DNA from: Cylindrospermopsis raciborskii Cr2010
Lineage (GTDB): Bacteria > Cyanobacteriota > Cyanobacteriia > Cyanobacteriales > Nostocaceae
NCBI RefSeq assembly: GCF_003367075.2
Contig: NZ_CP065936.1
Coordinates: forward strand, 1,260,001-1,292,000
Direction of reading: 5' to 3'
DNA: 32,000 nucleotides
Positions 8,073-16,251 of this stretch are shown here, in pieces (the stretch's first letter is position 1; every line of letters begins with the position of its first letter). The position numbers and the translations under genes were made by a program. The notes beneath the pieces were generated by a model that did not search any database, was not told where the DNA came from, and saw only the letters and a program-made list of their open reading frames with translations.

Positions 8073-8112
8073 CAAAGTGGGTCTAGACACCAGTCAGGGC
8101 AAGGGCTTAAAA
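8073..8112 (+). repeat. Leader box, array-proximal copy
   Basis: CAAAGTGGGTCTAGACACCAGTCAGGGCAAGGGCTTAAAA ends 7 nt before repeat 1. It contains the palindrome GTCTAGAC. Confidence 0.8.
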
Positions 8113-8119
8113 TGGAGGG

Positions 8120-10012
8120 ACCCGCTTCCCTCTGGGAAGTGGAATCAATGGAAACTTTCGGCATAAGTTGGCGATACGATGGGTATGTACCCTCACCCGC
8201 TTCCCTCTGGGAAGTGGAATCAATGGAAACCCAATTACTTTTTTTCCATGGGGAACGGTGCAAGACTAACCCGCTTCCCTCTGGGAAGTGGAATCAATGG
8301 AAACATCGAAGTTTAGTTGATCAGAGAGCAACCAAACGTGGACTCCACCAACCCGCTTCCCTCTGGGAAGTGGAATCAATGGAAACAAGACTTCGACTTC
8401 AACGAAACGGAACTTTCGTCCCTTGGACCCGCTTCCCTCTGGGAAGTGGAATCAATGGAAACGCTTAACAATTTGTGGACACAGTTTAGGTGGGGCTTTA
8501 ACCCGCTTCCCTCTGGGAAGTGGAATCAATGGAAACCGAAATAACAAGCTCTTCTTTTTTGCTAAACATAACCCCAAACCCGCTTCCCTCTGGGAAGTGG
8601 AATCAATGGAAACCTTAACACAGACCAGACTAGACTTGACTTGACTTGACAACCCGCTTCCCTCTGGGAAGTGGAATCAATGGAAACTTCAAATAGAATG
8701 TCTCTCAGTCCTGCATCTAATAAACCCGCTTCCCTCTGGGAAGTGGAATCAATGGAAACTTATTTACTACACCACTATAAAAGTGGTGGTGAAAACACCC
8801 GCTTCCCTCTGGGAAGTGGAATCAATGGAAACATAAAAAAACCACATCAGAAATTTGTTTTTGCGTCAACCCGCTTCCCTCTGGGAAGTGGAATCAATGG
8901 AAACAAAAAATTTGTCAACTACTCGTATACTGAAAATTACCCGCTTCCCTCTGGGAAGTGGAATCAATGGAAACTATTTTTTAAACTTTATTATGGAAAG
9001 GATCAGTTAGCACCCGCTTCCCTCTGGGAAGTGGAATCAATGGAAACTTTAGTTCCAGCAAAGTATGTTAGGGAACTAGTAAGCGACCCGCTTCCCTCTG
9101 GGAAGTGGAATCAATGGAAACCACCCCTACCCCTTGCTTTACCTCTTACCCTTATTTTTGACCCGCTTCCCTCTGGGAAGTGGAATCAATGGAAACTTCC
9201 CACTTTTGGGTGGGGGCCCGGTAAGTTTGTGTCACCCGCTTCCCTCTGGGAAGTGGAATCAATGGAAACAGTGATATTACAGATACATAAATTGTAGAAG
9301 CGGTTGACCCGCTTCCCTCTGGGAAGTGGAATCAATGGAAACCCCTACGGAAACTACAGGTACATAAGGACAATAGAAACCCGCTTCCCTCTGGGAAGTG
9401 GAATCAATGGAAACTTTCCTCTGCACCCGCAAGAAAGAGAAAGGAGAAAGAACCCGCTTCCCTCTGGGAAGTGGAATCAATGGAAACTCCATAGCCTTAA
9501 TCTCCTGTTAAATTCAACTTACAACCCGCTTCCCTCTGGGAAGTGGAATCAATGGAAACTTGTTTCCAGGGTACGCTCAAACTGATTACCTTTAACCCGC
9601 TTCCCTCTGGGAAGTGGAATCAATGGAAACTTCATGAACAAACAGTAAACCAGGAGTGGTTTGCTAAATTAGAAGAGGACCCGCTTCCCTCTGGGAAGTG
9701 GAATCAATGGAAACAGGTTCAGAGCGGCCTTCTTTAAGTTCTTTTAAAGCTACCCGCTTCCCTCTGGGAAGTGGAATCAATGGAAACGTGACAACCCTCT
9801 TGAGGGATGTCGGGATTGGGAGGCAGTACCCGCTTCCCTCTGGGAAGTGGAATCAATGGAAACAAAAGTCATTAATCCTGAAGACGCTAATTTACTAAAT
9901 ACCCGCTTCCCTCTGGGAAGTGGAATCAATGGAAACTCAGCATATGACTGAGTCGTATACTGACTCAGGTCAAAAAACCCGCTTCCCTCTGGGAAGTGGA
10001 ATCAATGGAAAC
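8120..10012 (+). CRISPR. CRISPR array with 26 identical 36-nt repeats and 25 spacers (34-48 nt); no cas genes in the window
   Basis: The repeat is ACCCGCTTCCCTCTGGGAAGTGGAATCAATGGAAAC, counted by hand at 8120, 8195, 8269, 8351, 8427, 8501, 8578, 8652, 8724, 8797, 8869, 8939, 9012, 9086, 9161, 9234, 9307, 9379, 9452, 9524, 9595, 9679, 9752, 9828, 9901 and 9977. An internal CTTCCC/GGGAAG hairpin is present. The 3' end ATGGAAAC resembles the 8-nt Cas6-type crRNA tag, and the A+T-rich leader lies upstream, so the array is read on the + strand. Confidence 0.97.
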
Positions 10013-10068
10013 TTTATAGGGATAGGAGTAATATATCCCAAATTGGCGTTGCATATTTGCGGGATGAA

Positions 10069-10515
10069 TCAACTAAACGCGGGTATTACTTCATACTTTA
10101 AATAGTGAAGTAATAATTTAATTGAATACCTAAGCATATCTACAGATTTTGAATAGCATAGCGTTTTTCTATGTAGTCGCGCTAAGTAGTGACGTAAACG
10201 TGTATTTTCACCCTCTACCCTAGTCATATATGTTTTGCTCACAATATGATCCTCTGGCTGAATAAAACTCGGATAAACCCTCCACCCATCAGTAACATAA
10301 AAAAAGCATTGCCAGAGTTTAACGATGTCCCACAAAGGTTGAAATGCTTGTGAGCTGTGGTCTCCCACAACCCAAGCCAGGATATTTTTACGGAAGTGAT
10401 TTACTGCTGTCCACAACCATATTTTGTTTTTTTTTGATCCCACAAAGGTCTCCAACTCATCAAGCTCACCTACCAAGGGTGTTTCCTGGTGGAGCATCTG
10501 GAAGTATGGAACCAA
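10069..10515 (-). CDS. IS1-family transposase catalytic part (InsB-like)
   Basis: ELDELETFVGSKKNKIWLWTAVN...YVTDGWRVY...TRVEGENTRLRHYLARLHRKTLCYSKS is typical of IS1 DDE transposases. It lies in the +1 frame relative to the InsA-like ORF. Confidence 0.85.
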   Translation of the reverse strand: MVPYFQMLHQETPLVGELDELETFVGSKKNKIWLWTAVNHFRKNILAWVVGDHSSQAFQPLWDIVKLWQCFFYVTDGWRVYPSFIQPEDHIVSKTYMTRVEGENTRLRHYLARLHRKTLCYSKSVDMLRYSIKLLLHYLKYEVIPAFS

Positions 10516-10756
10516 TTTGTTTTAGCCAGTAAATAATAGTTGTATGATGAACGCCTTTATCGCGTTCAATTGCTCTAAATCCCATACCGTTAACATAAGA
10601 GCGCAGGCAACTTTGTTTAACTTCTTCTGAATAGCCTTTAGGTGGACTATAGACATCGATAAATTGACGACCACAATCAACACAAATGTGATTTTGTTTA
10701 CCTCGACGTTTGCCATTCTTTCTGATTTTGGAAGACCCGCAGTTTGGACAATGCAC
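10466..10756 (-). CDS. IS1-family InsA-like Zn-finger/HTH protein
   Basis: It starts CPNCGSSKIRKNGKRRGKQNHICVDCGRQF, followed by an HTH (GMGFRAIERDKGVHHTTIIYWLKQ). The start codon is GTG. Confidence 0.85.
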   Translation of the reverse strand: MHCPNCGSSKIRKNGKRRGKQNHICVDCGRQFIDVYSPPKGYSEEVKQSCLRSYVNGMGFRAIERDKGVHHTTIIYWLKQIGSILPDAPPGNTLGR

Positions 10757-10795
10757 AGTAGATTACCTCAATTCATACCTCTATTATGCAACGCC

Positions 10796-13116
10796 TATGG
10801 GCCCACACGGTTGTTTGTCCCCATTGTCAGTCTGTTATTCCTTTAAGTCCTAATTGGTGGTTAAGTAAAACTAGTAATTATGGTGGTAAAGGACAAGCAC
10901 GAAAAGTGACTAGTGATTGGTATGCAGTAAAACCGATTGGTAATGGTGAGAATAAGCGGGTTGATTTTGAATTAATAAGGGGAAAAAAGGGGAAGGGGAC
11001 GACGATTGCAACAGATGATGGGGAATATGATCCGGATACTACAACTACTATTGGAAGGGGGGTGGGTAAGTGTGTTAATTGTGGGAATATAATTGAGGAT
11101 GATTTTATTAAAAGGCAAGCTCAAGGTGAAGGTTTAGGCTATCAATTATATGCGGTAGCTTATAAAAAGGGAAAGGGAAGTCTGGAGTTTAGAATACCAA
11201 ATGATTTAGATATTATGGGGGTGAAAAAAGCTGAAAATTACATAGAACATGAAATTGAAGACTGGAAGATTAAAGGATTTTTTCCGGATGTAGAAGTGAC
11301 AGATGGTCAAGAAACTCATAGGTTATTTGCCATGGGTATTAATGATTGGAGTAAGTTTTTTAATCCCAGGCAACTGGTGACGCTAGTAACATATTTAGAA
11401 ATTATAAATGAAGCGAAAAATCTGATTCAATCTGAATATGAATGGGAGAAATCACAAGCTATATCAACTTATTTGGCTTTGGTTTTGGATAGATGTGTTG
11501 ATGAAAACTGTAGATTAGGACGTTGGAATCCCCCCAGAGCAGGTTCTGAAGGCGCATCATCCCAACATGCACTTAACTTGATGTGGAATTATCCAGAAAG
11601 AGCTGGTGATGGTCAATTGTGGCGATCATGTGCTGATGTTTTTGCCTCAGACTATAAAAGTCTTTGTTCATTATTAGGAAAAAATGTGGGAAAGACAGAA
11701 AAGTATGATATTCCCATAGATAAGAAATCAATTCAAATAGAGTCAGCATCAGCGGATAACTTAACACATATTGCTGATAAATCAGTACATGCAATAATTA
11801 CCGACCCTCCTTATTATTCAACCATTCAATATGCGGAACTAGCAGACTTTTTCTATGTGTGGCTAAAACGCAGTCTAGGAGATATATTCCCCGAACTTTT
11901 CTATCTGGAACTAACAGATAAAGAAAGAGAAGCTGTCGCTAATCCTTCCCGGTTTAGGAATATGGGAATATCCCCAGAAATCCTAGCGAATCAAGACTAT
12001 GAGGCAAAAATGTCCATGGCTTTTGCTGAATACCACCGGGTTTTGCGTGATGATGGAGTGATGACTGTTCAATTCAATCATAAAGATTCTGGTGCTTGGG
12101 ATATTTTAGCCAAGTCTCTGATGGATGCTGGTTTTGAAATTACAGCTTCCTGGGCGGTTAGTACAGAAAATCCTCAAAATCTCCACCAGGCTCAAAAAAA
12201 TGCGGTTTCTAGCACCGTTCTATTAGTGTGTCGTAAACGTTATCCCCATGCTGAACAAGGTTGGTGGGATGATGTGCGTCTGGAATTACGTAATACTATC
12301 TTGAGTAAAGCTCCAGAAATTGAACGCTCCCTAACTGCAGATTCTAGACCTGCACCGGATAGGGTGGAAGACCCCCGTCAAAGAATTAAGCCTCCGGGTA
12401 TTGATTTATGTTTGACAGCTTATGGTAGTGCTTTAAGTGTGTTTACCCGTTATAGTTCTATATTGGATAGTACAGGAATTAAAGTAGAGCCTAAAGCAGC
12501 TTTTGAAGAAGTGCGTCAAGCTATAGTATCATACCGATTAGAAAGGTTGTTGGCGGGGAAGGATTTTCATGGGGTGGATACTTTGACTCAATGGTATATT
12601 CTGGCTTGGGATACTTTTGAAGCGCGAGAATTTCCTTTTGATGAAGCTAGACAATTGGCTTTGGCTGTGGGGGGTTTTGATGTTTCTGATTTGGTGAAAA
12701 AATATAAGTTGTTGGATTCTGCTAGTGGTTTTTGTAAGCTGTTAACTCCAGAACAAAGGTTGAAGAAACGGGCTTTTTCTGTAGTAGATAGGGAGTTTTC
12801 TGGTGTGAATTTGGTAGATGGAATTCATGCTATAATTTGCATTTATCAAATAGAACAAAAAATAGAGTTTGTCAGAAGGTTTTTAAAAAATACTGAGTTG
12901 GTGAGTATGGATGCTTTTATGAAAACTTTTGAGTTGGTTTTGAAGGTGATTCCTCAGATAAAGGATGAAAGAAAACGAATTATAGAGGAGAAGGTGTTAT
13001 TGGATTTATGGTTGGCTATGGATGAGATAAAGGCGAAGGTGTCTTATGAACAAATGGAGTTGCCATTTAATCTATCTGGAACAAGTGATGGGCCAACTCA
13101 AATACCTCTATTTTAG
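10796..13116 (+). pseudogene. DUF1156/COG1743-type Zn-ribbon DNA methyltransferase, 5'-truncated by IS1
   Basis: The reading frame begins inside the IS1 terminal repeat (ATG 10786). Native sequence starts at the Zn-ribbon (CPHC...CVNCG). The DPPY catalytic motif lies at 11803-11814 (AIITDPPYYSTIQYAELADFFYVW). The N-terminal DUF1156 and SAM-binding (motif I) region expected upstream of the ribbon is absent. Confidence 0.8.
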
Positions 13117-13211
13117 GTGTGATGGAGGTTTTTAAAAACTGTTTTGGTCTGTGGTTGGAGCTATGGGTTATTTTTTTGGGGGAGATCTATTTATAAAAGG
13201 GTTTAGGATTT

Positions 13212-15203
13212 GTGAAAAGTCTACGGAATAAGTCTTGGAAAATCAGTTATTCTAGCAATGGTGACAATACAATTGCTGATTTCTATATTCCTGCTCTATC
13301 TGCTGCTGTTGAATATGATAGAAAGTCGGGTTTTTTTAGTAGTTACATACTGAGTAGGGTGGCTAGGGGTTTGGGAACAATGGTTGATAATGGGGGTAAA
13401 ATGCGTCTGATTATGGGATGTGAGTTTACTTCACAAGATTTGGAAGCTATCCAAAAAGGATATTCCTTGCGTGACGCTTTATGGGAGCGTTTGGATGCTA
13501 GTTTTACTCCCCCAGAAAATTTCGCTCAGTTAAAACACTTAGAAATTCTCAGTTGGTTAATTGCTAATGAATGTCTGGATATAAAAATAGCTGTTCCTCT
13601 CAAACAAAATGGTTTACCTGATGTAGAACAGTTAGATTCCAAACATATTTTTCATGAGAAGGTGGGGATTTTTACTGATATTAATGGTGATAAATTGGTG
13701 TTTAATGGGTCGAATAATGAGTCTATTGGGGGATGGGAAAAAAATGTTGAGTCGTTTCATGTGTATTGTTCTTGGGAGGGAGGAAGGGATCTAGATAGAG
13801 TGGAGGAGGAGGTTTGTCGTTTTGAGCAACTTTGGTTTGATATTTGCCCTAATGTGCGGATCTTTGATATTCCGGATGCGGTGCGAGAAAGATTACTGCG
13901 CTATACTCCTATTTGCCAACCTACTGGTGACCTAGATTTTGATTGTGTTCCAGAGGATGACTTTTCACAGATGCTACACCACCAAAAAGATATGGTAGGT
14001 GTGAGTGAAGCACGGGTTGAACAAACTCCATTTATTACGGAAGAGGAAAAACAGTGTTTCAGGGAGTTAACAAATATAGACCAAAATGCAGGGTGTTTAG
14101 ATTACTGTCTCAAATCTATACCTATTTCTCCCTGGCCACATCAAATTAAAATATTACGCCGGGTGGGAGAAACCTTTCCTACAAGTTATTTAATTGCGGA
14201 TGAGGTGGGGTTGGGTAAAACTATTGAAACAGGGTTGATTATACGTTATCTATTGTTGACAAAGAAAATAGAACGTGTCCTAATTTTGAGTCCTGCTAGT
14301 GTACAGTCACAATGGCAAAAAGCATTGAGGGAGAATTTTAATCTACATTTTTGGAGTTACACCCAAAGTTCCTTAACTGTTGAAAGTGAATTTTTAATGA
14401 AAAGGAGTGAAAGGGGTAAACAGGGGGTTTGTGGGAATCCTTGGAATGCTGAGAATTTAATACTTGCTTCTTCTCATTTAGTGAGAAGAGCTGACCGAAT
14501 AGAGCAACTTTTGGCAGCTGATTGTTGGGATCTGGTGATTCTGGATGAAGCTCATCATGCTAGAAGAAAAAGTCCCCAAAATAGAAAGGAAACTCCTAAT
14601 CTGCTTTTAAGGTTGATGCAAAGGTTAAGAGAAAAGACTCAAGCCTTAATATTGCTGTCTGCTACTCCTATGCAAATTGATGTGATAGAGATTTTTGATT
14701 TACTGAATCTTTTAGGATTAGAGGGTCATTGGAGTTACAGTGATAATTTTTGTTATTATTTCGAAAGTCTGAATCAATGTTCAGCTCTGTCCATTAAACC
14801 AGAGTTAATAGATTTTTGGCAGCTGATGTGTGGGGACTATTTTCAAAAAGGGGGAAAACCTTGCCCTAATTTACAGCAATTACTTTTACAACAAGATAAA
14901 CTGTTAGCTTATAGAATTCAGGATACTTGGCACAAATCCCAGAAAATATTGAATTATAAAAAAATCCTGGGGGATGAGTCGTTTTTGAATGGTTCTCGGC
15001 AATTTTTAACTACTAATACTCCTTTAAAGGATTTAATGTTTCGTCATACTCGTGAGACTTTAAGGCAATATTATAAAAGAGGTTTATTAAAACGGGATAT
15101 ACCTAAAAGAATCGTGCAAGATAATGCTATTGCCCTGGAACCATTCAGTGAAATTCCCCTGTATATAGCTGTTAGTGATTACGCTCGTCATTTTTATAAG
15201 TTA
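13212..15203 (+). pseudogene. PLD-nuclease / SNF2-family helicase fusion, 3'-truncated at the IS630 junction
   Basis: The N-terminal PLD-like motif is HEKVGIFTD..GSNNES (HEK at 13653-13661). SNF2 motif I is ADEVGLGKT (about 14.2 kb). Motif II is LDEAHHAR (14544-14558) and motif III is LLSATPMQ. Helicase C-terminal lobe motifs IV-VI are missing. The ORF then runs 7 codons into the IS and stops at 15224. Confidence 0.8.
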
Positions 15204-16251
15204 CAGCAATTTTCATGTAGTTAAACTACAAAATAAGATAAGCTATAATAAGGGTAATAAACTAAAATAGAGTAGAAGTACTGTCAAATTATATGCCAAA
15301 ACCTTATTCAATAGATTTGCGTAATCGCGTGATTGTAGCATGGGTTGCTCAAGAGGGATCTCAACGCCAGTTGGCAGAAAGATTCAAGGTCAGCTTATCA
15401 TTTGTGAGAAATTTAGTACGTCGTTATCGTGAAACTGGGCAAGTTGAGCCAAAGCAATGTGGAGGATATGAAAAGCCTGTAATTGCAGGCCAATATTTAA
15501 ACATGATCAAGTCTTGGCTGGATGAGAAAAATGATTTACTACTTTCAGAATTGTGCGATCGCCTGAGAGAAACGACGGGCACTAGTGTTAGTATCACAAC
15601 CATGCATCGAGCCTTAGAAAAGTTGGGTCTACGTCATAAAAAAAAAGTCTAAATGCCAGTGAACAGGAGACTCCACGTGTTCAAGAATTAAGGCATGATT
15701 ATCGTCGTTGGGTAGATACAGTTGATATTAGAAATTTAGTGTTTTTAGATGAATCGGGGATAAATTTAGGGATGTCAAGGTTGTTTGCCAGAAGCCAAGA
15801 TGGACAAAGAGCAATTGGTAGCGTACCAGGAAACAAGGGCAAAAATATTTCTCTGATTGGGGCTTTAAATATGGATGGAATTCTGGCAGCAATGACTGTA
15901 GAGGGAAGCACAAATACAGAAGTATTTCTCACTTATGTAAATCAGGTTTTAGTACCTCAATTATGGAAAGGGGCTATTGTTGTTATGGATAATTTAAAGG
16001 TTCATTATGCCGAGCGCGTGAGATTGTCAATTGAATCAGTCGGTGCAAAAGTTAAGTTTTTACCCCCCTATTCTCCAGACTTATCTCCGATAGAATTGTG
16101 TTGGTCAAAATTAAAGCAATTTCTCCGTAGTCGGGAGGCACGAACATTAGAAGCCCTAAATGAGGCCATGACAAGTGCAGTAAATTATATTACAGCAGAG
16201 GATGCGCTTAATTGGTTCAATCATTGTGGTTTATTTACATGAAAACTGCTG
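15204..16251 (+). mobile_element. IS630-family insertion sequence (1048 bp) flanked by TA
   Basis: The terminal inverted repeats TTACAGCAATTTTCATGTAGTTAAAC (15201-15226) and GTTTATTTACATGAAAACTGCTGTAA (16229-16254) match at 23 of 26 positions. A TA dinucleotide lies on both flanks (15202-15203 and 16252-16253), which is the IS630/Tc1 target. Confidence 0.9.
15293..16242 (+). CDS. IS630-family transposase, two ORFs joined by a -1 frameshift at an A9G tract
   Basis: ORF1 (15293-15652) is the HTH part. ORF2 (listed from 15739) contains LVFLDESG...VVMDNLKVH...PYSPDLSPIELCW (DDE). Reading the -1 frame from A AAA AAA AAG (15638-15647) gives a continuous ..HKKKKSLNASEQETPRVQELRHDYRRWVDTVDIRNLVFLDESG. 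Confidence 0.9.

Larger units (their letters stand above)
10045..10795 (-). mobile_element. IS1-family insertion sequence (751 bp)
   Basis: The terminal inverted repeats are GGCGTTGCATA.. (10045-10055, extending imperfectly for about 28 bp) and ..TATGCAACGCC (10785-10795). It carries InsA-like and InsB-like ORFs. The flanking 9-mers (TCCCAAATT and TATGGGCCC) differ, so there is no target-site duplication. Confidence 0.85.

Noticed and set aside
7632-8166. ORFs 7632..7841 and 7909..8166 in the CRISPR leader.
   Set aside because: They are low-complexity and A+T-driven, have no recognisable motifs, and the second one runs into repeat 1. I treat the region as non-coding leader.
7813-10012. Type V-K CAST-like arrangement (tracrRNA followed by array), suggested by the anti-repeat-like element upstream of the array.
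   Set aside because: No cas12k, tnsB, tnsC or tniQ gene is nearby. The repeat does not resemble V-K repeats (..GGTTGAAAG), and 25 spacers is far more than typical CAST arrays. The anti-repeat observation is kept only as an open finding.
8015-10105. Many 60-208 aa ORFs on both strands with recurring PASLWEVESMET, PLPSGKWNQWK and RFPLGSGINGN peptides.
   Set aside because: They are translations of the 36-nt CRISPR repeat in different frames and are not genes.
10466-10515. A canonical programmed -1 frameshift joining IS1 InsA and InsB.
   Set aside because: The InsB-like frame is +1 (equivalently -2) relative to InsA, and no A-rich slippery heptamer lies in the 50-nt overlap. The A10 run at 10432-10441 is downstream of it. 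An inactivating indel or a non-canonical mechanism cannot be told apart from the sequence.
10786-10795. ATG 10786 as the native methylase start, and likewise 16212/16239 as the native DUF499 start.
   Set aside because: Both ATGs lie inside IS terminal inverted repeats, so the ORF heads are IS-gene hybrids.
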